The position numbers were made by a program, and so were the translations under genes. Positions 1 to 18,459 of a stretch of DNA of 64,000 bases are shown one piece after another. Each line of letters opens with the position of its first letter. Positions within the stretch are counted from its first letter, which is position 1. Source of the DNA: Trichoplax adhaerens (lineage: Eukaryota > Animalia > Placozoa); the NCBI RefSeq assembly GCF_000150275.1, contig NW_002060947.1:7983880-8047879 (forward strand), in the 5' to 3' direction. The notes beneath the pieces were generated by a model, which made no database searches, was not told the origin of the DNA, and saw only the letters and a list, made by a program, of their open reading frames with translations.

Positions 1-359
1 TATGTTTCTCCATTTTATAGCTGTCGTATAGACAACAATGGACTAAAATTTCTGTTGAAGATGCATTTAACTTGCATGAATGGAGCTCTCAATTGTTCCC
101 ATTCTACAGCAATATACCCCGTTTGCATAAGCTTTGACTTGAAGGTCAATAAGATGCAGTAATGATGGAAGATTTCGACTATAGACTATTGACCTTGCTA
201 CTGTTGCTATAATAGCATTGAAATGCTAAAAAACAGTAGGTTTGCCAATGTTTTTATAGGCTAAAAAGGATAAAACCTCAACCTGTGTTCAAATTTGCCC
301 AAGACTGTCTCCCCTATTGGATGATATTGATGTGGACTAGCTGCTTCTTTTTCAATCAT
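1..359 (-). CDS. Possible first coding exons of a minus-strand gene running off the window start (unidentified)
   Basis: ATG at 359 opens MIEKEAASPHQYHPIGETVLGKFEH, followed by donor GTTGAG at 282. An AG acceptor at 180-179 continues in frame (RNLPSLLHLIDLQVKAYANG). No recognisable motif. Confidence 0.25.
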
Positions 360-2086
360 GATTTATTGAACGGTTCCAAGCTACGTCTAGACAGTGATGG
401 GTGGTTTTCTACCTACTGACAGAATTCAGTAATACAACTTGTATTGGTAACTGATAGTTTACTGTCGAATTAACCTGTAAATAATTTATATAGTAGGGTT
501 TGATCGCCTAAATGAATTCATTAAATAAGAATGACTTGATTGTTGCTGCGCCATTGAAATCCGATCAGGTCTAAGGTGCGTTGTCTCAAGGTGCTCGAAG
601 AAACGCTGCTATTCTACAGTACTCGGTACTGTACTACCACAGTGGCCATGTGCAATGCGCATGCCTTGTAGTGGATGACCTGGCGACACTGTACTGTACG
701 TAATGTACAGTAGATGGTTGTAGTTGGGCATCCTACAGTATACTGTGTACAGTACACACATACTGGAGAAGTGGGCATTTGATAGAGAGACTGTAGAAGT
801 TGTTCAGATACGTATGAATTTCATCAAGAGACTGTAGCGTAGAAGTTCTCGTAAGGCCCCCTTGCAAGTCTCACTGCAGCCAAAGGGGAGCAACTCGAAG
901 CGCTGACCTGAGAGACCTAGAGAGCAAGTCCAGTCTCCCGGTGGTTGTATCGTTGGTGGGTGAGACGTCACATTTGCGTCAACCGTGCCCGTACCCTGAC
1001 ACTCCATACAGTACGTACAGCAAACTAGGCTGAGGTCTGACTTCAACCTGGCCTGACTGCCTTGACTCTGGTCACATTAGTAAGACAGTGCCAGTGCACG
1101 ATGTGCGCACGCCATTTATGACGACCTCCATCTCCTTTTTCCATTCCTTGGTTTATTTAATTGGAATCTATATCTCAGCTGGTATTTATTGGATTATTAC
1201 TCATCCATTGACATCCTTGTTAGGTCTGGTCTTGTTTTTGATTATATGGAAACTTGGAAATTGGTTGACAGAACCCAATTGGAACATGATAGGCAAAAAA
1301 TTTGACGGTATGTAGGCTGCCAATGATTGATTGATTCATGCGACGCTAGTTATCGGACTTACTGATCCATGGAGATGGAGTAGAGAGATCGATCAATAAT
1401 TTCAATGCCAAAGAGAAACTCTCAATCCTCTCTATGTTTCGATGAATCACGGACTATTGCCTTAGTTTGATTGATTTGAGTAATAAAATTGCTTTAGGTA
1501 GAGTTTTTACATCGACATGAAAGGATCATTTCTAGCAGGTTCATGCTGAGTATTCTGTCTACACAAAATTTTGTACGCATTCACTGTCTTTTGTCAACTT
1601 CAATGGCAAAAGTCTTGCCAATAGTAAACATTGCAGCTACAGACTGTATCATCTTCTCAACCATCGTAGATTACACGCGATAATGAGAAATCATGCTATC
1701 AGTATTGAATAGTATGGATCGAGTTGATAAAAGGAAAGTAGCCATGGATAGCCAGGGATAAGCAGACTGCAATACTGTACTGTACTCTAGACCTAGAATA
1801 GTACTGCAGTCGTCACGTATGGAGGCTAGACGTTCATCTTGATCAATTCGCTTATTGTCACGTATAGAGCTTAAACAACCTCCAAGTGTTGTCATGAGGT
1901 TATCAATTGCTTCGCTCTTACAGTCAAATGGTTTCCTTCAGCATTAGATAGGGTGTTATTGATCCATTAATAAATACTTTCAAGGTGCTGCATGCCAATG
2001 GGAATGTAATATCAACTTAAAAACTTGGATTGGATTATTGTTTGTATAAGCTTATGTATCTTTTTTTTGTACTTCGTCTTCTATAG

Positions 2087-7663
<5,577 letters not shown>

Positions 7664-8879
7664 TAGTGTATAAATATGATTATGGCTACAATTAATGATA
7701 GATTGGTTATAAATACTCTACTATAGGATATGTATAATTATTGTATTCATGTTAGTGCTCTCTGTATACGGCGATACTGCAATGTGATTGGCGATTAATT
7801 TTATTAAATGCTAATGGTTCTGATTTCCTTCGATTTTGTTGCAATTTAGAACAGTAGAATGTTTTAATATCATTTACTACTAACAGCATTCCTGGCGTAA
7901 ATTTATTGCTGTACTACAGTTACACTATGTTGCAAATTCAATATGATTTCCTGATGACTCTATCATAATATCTTTGGTTGGAAGTTAATTCCTTATAATA
8001 GATTTGTATTCTTGTTTGTATATGTGTACATATAGAGACAGTATATCTCATATATATTGATATATTCGATATGAAAGCTTTGACAATAGAATAAGTTGAT
8101 ATCACCGTGGTAGATCACCCAAAGCTTATTTTGCTTCGATTGGCTTAAAATAGTGTAACGGTTTTTATGTAAGCTGTTATTGACTTCAATATGCCTTAAT
8201 AAAGATGACCATTGTAAGTAGAAAATGGTGGGTTAGTTTGAAAACAAGCTGCGAATTTTATCTTATTTTCAACTAATGAATACAATGAGCGTAATTACAT
8301 AGTGAAGAGCTATATATATCATTGAGGTAACGCATGGGCTGACCATAATTCGAGATCTTTATACTTCCAAAACACAAATGAGCCGTGATATAACAGTTGT
8401 GATTAATAATTTTTACAGTTAATCATCACTATCAAGTTGGAAGTATACTGAATTGCTGATTAATTAAATATATCGATCAATGTCACTGCTACCATTTTTT
8501 AAATTAAACTAACAATAAATTAAATATACTTGCTCGTAACGTAACGTTATTATTTCTAATGGGTAACAGCAGCAATGCACCAATAAAATAAATAAGAATT
8601 TACAAATAATTACACAATATAAGTGATGCTATTTGGTGATTAAGTATTGATGGAAAAAAAACAAAAATAAATAAAACTATTGCCTTCGTTGTAAGGATGG
8701 GAAAGGTAGACAACATCGATCATGAAAATTACAAGTACACATATTATAATAATTGATTACAATATATAGTAATATAGGTAATTTAGAATGCCTAGTTAGT
8801 AAACGTATGAAACGGGTAAGAATTTATTGATCAATAATGTAATTAGTGTGGTCTAAAAAACCATAGTGAAATTTTTTCG

Positions 8880-11170
8880 TTAAATAGCAGAATTTGAAAT
8901 GACGTATGTTGGTGATTGATTAGAAGTTATATAATCAGCTTCTGATGTGCCGTCGTCATAAATTACAGTATGCGATGCAACACGTAATTTAACGATGCCA
9001 ACTCCAAAAGCTGTTCCCTATGATTCAAGAAAGAGATTTTAAATAAGGAATCACTTTCAATAGTTTAATGAGGTAAAAGGAAATGATACGATAGCATAAT
9101 GGTTATCAGAACACTGCATGTTGAAGTGTAAATATCGTGAAGTAGATGTCTATAGGTGCTAGATAGAGTAATGCAAATTAAAAATTTTTTTCCATCCAAA
9201 ATATTTCATTGGTCCAGTACTTTCTTAGTCTTATTAATACTACTTACCCAGGATAAAATACAAAGAAAGCTAAAAGCAAGCCCAGCTTTGACATTATCGA
9301 TTACATAACCCGCTAGCAAAGTCCTATCGGATTCCGACCATCTACTAATTAGGTACCAAAAACCAATAAACCATAATAAGACAAAGACAAAGTCTACAAT
9401 GATATCGATCACCAGTAATTTTCTCTCCATATTAAAGTCTTGTAATCGTCCAAGGTAGATATCAAAGTACAGAAATAGTATTACGGCTAGGATGGCTACA
9501 ACACTTAATCCAAATTCGTAGTTGCATGTATTGGAATCGACATTACTAATTGGGCAGTCTCCATGGTTGGCTGCCTTAGCAGTTGCCACACAACCAATCA
9601 CAACCAGTGAAAATACCTAAATAAAATAAGAATAGAACAGAAATATACAATCTTTGTTAGGGTTATGGTGAATGTACAAATGCTAACTAGTTAATCAAAA
9701 TACGAGCTGGTTGGTAAATACTATACTAATCTGATATCTATTCCCGATAGTCTTTAATGACAGTGTGTGCCTTAAAAAACTGCAAGTATAAAATTTCAGT
9801 TATACCATTATGCAGAATTAAAATCAGGAGATGTTTTAAAGTCTTGGAAAAACTCCAAATATGAATCGCCTAGTAGTCAGATTTTGATAGAACGGTGTTA
9901 GCATTGATCTACAGTATCAACTTTGTAAAGTCCTTCCTATAAGCAACATAAAGAAGCTTAATTTTGTAGTGTAAATTACGTAATTGTAGGATAACAATTT
10001 CTAGTTGAGAGTAGCAATAAGCGGTAAGGTTGCGTAGAATTGGAGGATTACAAATCTTGACCGATCAGACATAAAGAAAGGAAACACACTCAGTTTGATG
10101 GCCATAATTATGATTTAAAATATCATAGCAATCAGTATAAATTCGACGGGTTATTAGATGTTACTACAAATGATCATCTAGTAGTCCAGTGAATAAATGA
10201 TACCCTTCCTCATAATTGCTATACATCACGGTTTCTCTCATAACTTTGTTAAAGTAATGTCGTAGCAGATCAGTAGACTAGCAATCGACTAGTTTCATAT
10301 CTATCCTACAAGTCGGAAAGGAAAAGATCATACTGAAGGTGATGGGATAATGGATCCAAAAAATTTGAAAAAATTACTTTCATTATAGTTTGATAGATAC
10401 TGTAAGTTAACTGTGGCTACTATTCCTTCACTTTTCCATCATTTTGACAGAATAATATTGTTTCGATGCAGTAGGATGAAATCGCCATTAACTGATTTGA
10501 TATTTACCCTAATGATGAGGGAAGATATACTGTAGATGTTATTGGGCTAATCAAGCTAGAAAATTTTGCTCAATGATGTCTAATAAATAATAAAGGAAAA
10601 CATGTGTTCACCATTGCTATTAATTACTCATTTTCTTATAGATTTGATAAAATGATATTATTTCAGTTCGATTGGATAATAGCACCGTTGTCTAATTTCA
10701 TATTGATCCTGACATTGGAGAGGGCATTGAAGTTGAAGATATTAATTAGAATGAGAATTTTCTAAAATGACAGTACCATCATATCAATATTTTGATACTA
10801 CTTGCATAATTTACATGGATTGTTGTAAAATTAAATCATTTCAATCTACTGGCATCGTGTAAGAACTGACCAAGTTCACATCTCTCGCGGAAGTTGCAAA
10901 TGGCGTGGATGTTGTTAGAACTGATCAGAGTATCGATATATCAACGAATATATGCTATCCAATGAAATATTGTGTCGAAGGGTTGACTAAGTCTATGAAT
11001 CATTTAGTGCCACATCTCTTGGACGAAATGGCATGGCTTCCAATTTGAAAAGTACAGTATAAATAGCTATGACTTACCAGACAAACAATTCGACAGGTAA
11101 CTTGTGGCTTCTTAGCGTACCAACTTAAACGAAAAGGTCTGATCGCTTGATCCCGGAAACAATTCATCAT
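8880..11170 (-). CDS. Synaptogyrin-like MARVEL-domain membrane protein; exons 11170-11078, 9616-9248, 9017-8880
   Basis: Exon 1 MMNCFRDQAIRPFRLSWYAKKPQVTCRIVCL (donor GTAAGT) joins VFSLVVIGCV...C...CNYEFGLSVVA...DIIVDFVFVLLWFIGFWYLISRW...KAGLAFSFLCILSW. This four-TM pattern matches synaptogyrins. The last exon ends in TAA at 8882-8880. Confidence 0.82.
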
Positions 11171-13542
11171 CAAGGATCCAATCAATGTGAAGGATGCTTC
11201 AACACCGATCTGCGATTTCAGTAACTGTGTTTACCTTCAAGACTTGTCACCTAATGTCCAACTACTTGGCTACCTTTACTCGCTCAAACTTATACCGTAT
11301 ACTGCAGTGTCTCCTCACTAATTCTATAATATTGAATCCAAATGGTCTGGAGATACGATATCCGTTGAGCGAAAACGATGACGTCGTGGAGATGTTCTGT
11401 TCTTATGTTCCCAATTAGATTTAGTTTTAATGGGAGATAATAGAATCTAAATAATCATAAAAACAAGAACAGATAATATCTGATTATATATCGATTAACT
11501 ATCTCGGAATCTTTTGTACAGTTATTTAATGAATTCTAAAATTTAGAAAGCTAAACAATGACCCTAGGGATTGGATTGCAGGCTTGGCAAAACGATGCCG
11601 TTGTGTAGTTATTCCTATTTTATCGATAAAAACAGTCCTATGGTTAGATAAGAGGGCAAATTGGGTGAAAATGATGGGGAAAATTTCGATATTGCTCATG
11701 GAGAAAATTAGTCATAGCGATTTGCTAACGTGATATACTGTATAACGATAACCAACAATCTTAGATAACCTTCTATTACTATCAAGAAGAATTCTCTCAT
11801 TTCATATTACTATTGAAGGGAAACACGGAAGAGATTGGGTTGCTATAGATGTAAAACGATCAATAATGCTATAGTAAACATTTCTCTATAGCCATTTAAT
11901 TTCAAATCAGTCCTAGAGTAGAAATAATTAAGAAGAACACAATAACGCTATTGGATATGATTACCAATGCGGTGAGGACGACTTGCTATCTAATGTTCTA
12001 CAAAATTAGGCAAGTCGTTGGCTTGCAGTCTGGTCAGAAACGATCAAGGATGACATTATGAAGATTATTGATATTCTATGTTTCAAATCACTTCTGGAGC
12101 AGTTGGATAACCCGATAATAATAATAATAAAAAAATAGCCGAACTCACAACAACAACCACAATATTGTCGTTACCTTTTAATGATGACTACTACGGCCAG
12201 AGCTAGCTTCAGCAAGGAGTAGGATGCGATTGACTACGGGTTATGCAGATGTCTAGGATGAAGTGGAGAGTTCTACTAGGCAAGAGTTCTTGGATCTAGT
12301 CGCATCAGAGCGGAATCGATTGGATTTGGTTGTTGAATGCACACTGCGTGTATAATTAATCACTTGTTAAGTTAGTTAGCACCTTACCCTTATTTATCGT
12401 CAACAGATTTGATTGATTAGAACAGTGCTAGTCCTACTGGCTAGTGCATGAGGGAAAATACTCTACGAACTGCTGTACAAAGCAGCCAAATCAAGTTGCA
12501 GTCTTGCTAGCAAACTGTTTTGTAGAAATGAATACGTGATCATACCTAGTACCAAGGACTACTGGATATTAGGCCTCGGCACAATGGATAATTACTGTAT
12601 CGAGGAGTTCATGCCATAGTAGAGCATAGGGCATTGGGCTACCATGACTACAAGTGTATTTTGAACAGCAGTAGTCCATGAGAATATAGAAAGTTATACA
12701 GTGTACTATGGATAAGGATAAGCCACTATATGACATTGCATATAGTATGCTTTATGTCCTATAGGAAGCTTTTAATGGCAAAACATTGTAGTTTGTTGAG
12801 GAAATTGGAGATACTGGCTGGCATACTAGTGGATGGATGAAAGGAGTGCAAAATTGTGCACAGTGCTAACGGTAGCAGGCATGAAATGTTTCCTTAGACG
12901 ATGTATACGAGCATATATCCAATGCAGAAGAGTTCGATAGCATGGTATTTCTAAATATTATAGCCGATGCTTTAAATTAGTCTACTATGGAAAGGAGAGG
13001 AGAGGATCATTGATAGCCAGAATGGGCATGCTGATCCATCCACGATGGATCAATGTAAAGTAGTCTAGAGAAGCAAGTGCAGTATAGGCAATGAATGATT
13101 TCCTTGCACAGTAGCTCATAATATGCAAAGTTGGATATTCCCATTTCAAAATACTGGCCAGCTACGTTAGCTTGCTAACTGCAGGTAGAGGTATGAAACA
13201 CTTCCGTAGACAGAGGTCACTGAATTGTAGATAATCGAACACGCTTTTCCTGGTTTAACCCTATATCTTGAACCCTAGATTCTTGACACTTGACCTTTGC
13301 TTACCTACAAAGAGATAAACACCAATCAAGCCTTAGATAACATTGTATACAAAAACTCCTCCAGCCGGCATCCTTGATTAGAGTCTGACTGATATCCAAT
13401 TTCTTCTCTGGCATTTTTGATAGGGTTGCGTCGCTCATTTTTATGATAATTTTGTATTAGCCAATGTTATCGAGCTTAGGCTAACATTATCGATAGAATT
13501 ATTGCAAGAGAGAGAGTGTAGAAATCAAGATCGATCCACGAC

Positions 13543-16455
13543 ATGATCGTATTACAAGCCATTAAATCTATTTCTCCATCATCCGTTTGTAAACAATTAT
13601 TGGGGTATACTTCATCGATAAAATGTTTATCTAATCATGGCCGATTATATCAGCGATATTGGATAACCAGTTGTAGGCTACAAACAACATCAGTCGAGAT
13701 TAATGAAAGTGTTAAACCTTACGAGGACATTCCTCAACCTAAACGTCTTCCTCTTATTGGTACTGCTCTAGATTATTTTCGCAATGGGCGTGAAGGATTA
13801 AAGTATATCTATAAAATCAATCGTCAACGATTTGAAGAGCTTGGGCCAATCTATCGTGAAGCTTTATTTGGCATCGATTTAGTTTATGTTTCCAAGCCTC
13901 AAGACGTCGCGGCAGTCTTTCGTAGTGAAGGCAAATATCCTGAAAGACCGTTAAATATATTTCAAAAATTAATTGATTATCGTTCACATCGCAAGATGCC
14001 TCTTGGCGTATTATTAGGGTAGGTCAGTAAAACGAACGAATAAAAATATAATGCAGATATAAATTACATTTCTATCGATAAAGACACTGGAATTATTTTA
14101 ACTTGAAGAAGATAGTGAAAATTTCCGTCAATTTCTTTGTATCGCATAATATTTTCAACATAAATTGGACAATAATAGCATAAGAATTAACCCTTACTCG
14201 TACAATCGGACATTTCATCTTTATAAACAAAATATAAAGTAGAGAAAATGGCAATCATCTATCGTTCGTAATAGTTATCGTTGCCATATTTTCAGCTACG
14301 CCTTACAATTATACAGCAATACAAAAACTACTTCAGCATGCTATAATCTCAAAATATTCTTTCTATCTTTAACACAATTTTAAAACTTTCATATCCGCGT
14401 AGCACATTAACAAGTGTAAAACCACCCGGTCCCATATTGTTGTTGTAAATAAGTAAAAAAAATTTTTAACTTTTGTCATACTAGGATGTTAAATACATTA
14501 AATAGATTTCAATCCAAAGAAATATTATTTTCGATAAAATTAATCGTTTTGCCAGATGAAAGTTATCTGCTAATAGTCTAGCAAGATATTTCAATCTGAT
14601 CTTATATCTTGCGTATAGTGGGGACGAAGCATGGCGACGAGCCAGAAGTGTTATGGATAAGAAAATGATGAGACCAAAAGAAGTGTTAGCATATACTGAA
14701 CGAGTCGATGGAGTCTCACAAGACTATGTCAAGAAATTACTTCGTCTCAGAGGCGAAAATGGTATCGTTCATGATATTGAAAATGAAATGTTTAAATGGT
14801 CCATGGAATGTAAGTTACACTTTATGGCGGTACATCATGCAAAATGCGACTAGATTATTAACTGAGGCAAAATATAAAGTAATCATTACATTACTAATGC
14901 ATACTTGAGCTTACAATAAGTACTAAGTAGATATGTGTAATAGGCGAATTAACTATAATTGATGGTTGAAAACTGAAGTAAACTAAAAGACGATTAGTTT
15001 ATTTATAAACGACGATATAATTTATCATAGTATGATAGTAATTCGATCATTGATAAGAATTTTATCTGTCTTATCCTATTTATATAGCTATAGCAACAGT
15101 ACTATTCGAAAAGCGATTAGGAATGTTTAACGATCCAGTTGATCCAGATGCTGAATATTTCTACCAATCTTTGGCCAAAATGTTTACAAGCTGTCATTCA
15201 TTAACCTTTGCACCGTACAACATTTTTAAAAAGAAGCAATGGTGGAATGAATTTTTACTTTATAGCGATCGAATTTTCAATTACGGAAGCCAAGTTATTA
15301 ATCAAAAATTGCAAGAAATTAATAATAAAGCCAAAGAGAATAAGGACGTACAAGATTCTGAGGAAACGGAATTCTTAGCTTATATTTTAAATACCAAAAA
15401 ATTAAGCTTAAACGAAATTAATGCTAACATGATGGACTTGTTTATAGCTGGTGTTGATACAGTAAGTTAAATCGATTATCCTCTTTCTATGCAGTATACG
15501 TATGAAAACAATTTTCGTTGTTTAGACTGCCAATACTGCTTTATGGTTATTGTATAATCTCGGAAAATTCCCTGAAGCTCAAGTAAAGGTGCGTGATGAA
15601 ATACGACAGGTTGTGCCAGATGGAGAAAAATTAACATCTGAAATGATTAATAAAATGCCGTTATTAAAAGGATGTGTTCGAGAAACATTACGGTAAGTTG
15701 TAGTATAACATGACAATATTTACAGGTATATCATGTATATCGGATACTGTATATAGAGAGATTCTATATCCTAGACAAGTATTTAAAATACCTCAGCTGT
15801 AATTCTATTTTGATCAACTCTCGGAAACTGTACATGTATATTGTATAGGCTATATCCGGTAGCTCCATCTGTTCCACGAAAGGTTAAGCAAGATACCGTT
15901 ATTGGTGGCTATCAAATTCCAGCAGGAGTATGATTTCAATTATTGACCGATATAGCTAGATGTAACGAACAGTCACTATATTCGTCATTTAAGTATTTGA
16001 GAATCTCCTGATGCAACTTATTACTGACACTAAAATCGATCTATTACTGTAGACTTTCGTAACGGCAGCATCCTATGCAATAGGCCGAGACTCGGAATTA
16101 TACAGTGATCCGGATAACTTTAAACCGGAGCGATGGCTTCGTGACAGCGAAGAAAGTGCAGGAGGTTATAAATTCACTCCATTTGGGTTTGGACCTAGAA
16201 TGTGTCTAGGGAGGCGTATTGCAGAATTAGAATTGGAAACATTGCTTGTGCAAGTAAGAATACGCCTATACTAGCGGTATTTTTATTTAGCATGCTGTAT
16301 ATATATTTATAAAAATTGCAATTTTTTATTCATAATCATAGCTGCTACCCAAATGCTCTATAGAGGTAAAGAATGAAATAGAGAATAGGCAGACAACTCG
16401 AATGATTTTAGTACCTGAAGATCCGATGCTATTCGAGTTAAAAGATTACCAATAA
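13543..16455 (+). CDS. Cytochrome P450, mitochondrial clan (CYP24/27-like), 7 exons
   Basis: Basic N-terminus without a TM anchor, [25 protein letters not shown]-helix WRRAR, I-helix AGVDT|T, ETLR|LYP, PERW and heme motif [10 protein letters not shown] (~16182-16211). Stop TAA at 16453-16455. Confidence 0.93.
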
Positions 16456-17244
16456 ATTAATCATAAATACCGTATAGTATAAGATTATAAGCGAATATGG
16501 AACTAACTTAATTTTCAGCTTGTCATAAATAGCGATGATAGCAAATACTTTATGTTTTACTCTCTTGCAATAAGTATTAGCACTAAGGAATCTTTAGTAG
16601 TAATTTGAATAGATTTGAAGATTATTTCATGACCTGTAACTGTTTAACAAATCACTTTGTGTTAGCCTTATTTATTCTGTTCTTTTTTAGTTTATCTTTA
16701 TATTTTTAGCAGTGTTTATGTCAATCACTTTGCTATAGCGTTATCGAGAAGAAATGCAATAAATAACTTCTATTTTGGTTGTGCTATGTGTTTACTGTCT
16801 ATCTCGCTAATTTCTACTTTTGATAAATGTTCATGCAATCTTTGAAAGAGCTTCTTCCATCTTGATTCTTATAAAAAGACATTGGACGCAGCTCTCACCT
16901 ACTTCTACTTCAACTAGATATAATTACTTGATTATTTGATTAGAAAAATAGAAATAGCGTACTGCAATCCTGTGTAGGTAGTCTTGCTCCTGTTTTAATA
17001 ATATAGTGTAGCTCTTGCGCTAGTTCAGCTAGCATATTTTTGTACGGATCAACAGAAGATGTAAATGAAGTATTTCAACATCGATGAATGAATTATGAAT
17101 AGCGTATAAATATATATATATCTATAGTTGATCTTCAATACTAATATCAATTATTTGCCAAAATAATGTAATATTAGCCAAAATACTGGAGTATAATAAA
17201 AATTGGAGATTCTATTATAAGGAAATAAGTGCCCAATCCTCCTA

Positions 17245-18106
17245 CCATAATTCGCTCAAAATCTGATAATGCAATTTTAATATTATCGAGCCTAGGATAA
17301 AAAAACTGCTCTCTAACTGCTTCTTAACTAACTCAGTAGTATAGCATGTATAATTAAATCGAATCTATTTCTAGGCTACATATAACATCATTTTACCGTC
17401 TTCAATGTTAGGGAAAGTCGTGAGAAAATCGCTGATAAGCAGCTCTGTAGCTGACTTATAACCTGCATTATATTCGTATTTATTTCCATCGCAATTTATC
17501 ATGACTTAGCACTAACTATCTACAGCTAATCTCTTGCCATAATTCGCTAATAATCTGGTAATGCAATTTGAACATTATCGAGCCTAGTATAAAAAACTGC
17601 TCGCTAACTGCTCTTTAACTAACTCAGTAGTATAGCATGTATAATTAAATCGAATCTATTTCTAGGCTACATATAATATCATTTTACTGTCTTCAATATT
17701 AGGAAAAGTCATGAGAAAATCGCTGACAAGCAGCTCCATAGCTGACTTATAACCTGCATTATATTCGTATTCATTTCCATCGCAATTTATCATGACTAAG
17801 CGCTAGCTATCTACAGCTAATCTCTTGCCATAATTCGCTAATAATCTGGTAATGCAATTTGAACATTATCGAACCTAGTATAAAAAAACTGCTCGCTGAC
17901 TGCTCCTTAATTAACTCAGTATAATTAAATCGAATCTATTTCTAGGCTACATATAACATCATTTTACCGTCTTCAATATTAGGGAAAGTCATGAGAAAAT
18001 TGCTGACAAGCAGCTCTATAGCTGACTTATAACCTGCTTTATATTCGTATTCATTTCCATCGCAATTTATCATGGCTTAGCGTTAGCTATCTACAGCTAA
18101 TCTCTT
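17245..18106. repeat. Tandem repeat, ~291 bp unit x3
   Basis: CCATAATTCGCT...CTACAGCTAATCTCTT units start at 17245, 17537 and 17828. The third copy has a small deletion. Confidence 0.92.
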
Positions 18107-18459
18107 CAACACTACTGAAAAGATTTAGGAGAAAATTGCTAAATAAAGTCTCCTAAGTTGGAATTATTGACGAATTCGTTAAGACTGTAGACCATCTTGG
18201 AAATGATATTTAGGCCATATTCATATTAAAGATAGGAATGGTACTAGAAAAGAGTTGATAAATGCAATATATCATATGGATCACAAAAATGGAATTGTAT
18301 TCCATAGAGTTAGCAGCTCTATCAGCGATGAATGATACACAAAGGTATGCTTTATATGGAACTGAATTTGCAGTGTTTGTCGTCTACTGTTTGTTTACGA
18401 CAGTATCCAGCAAAGGACAAGATGGATGGAAGAGGTTAGGAAAGAGCTTCAGATTTTAG

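Noticed and set aside
1088-1315. Hydrophobic 75-aa ORF
   Set aside because: GTG start and no family motif. The hydrophobicity is explained by T-rich sequence in the USP19 upstream region.
12175-12305. Possible first coding exon of the synaptogyrin-like gene
   Set aside because: The ATG frame hits a stop after 9 codons, and the exon at 11170-11078 fits the family N-terminus. It could still be a non-coding 5' exon.
13032-13052. 9-bp hairpin TGATCCATC-CAC-GATGGATCA
   Set aside because: A single short stem with no supporting context, which could be chance.
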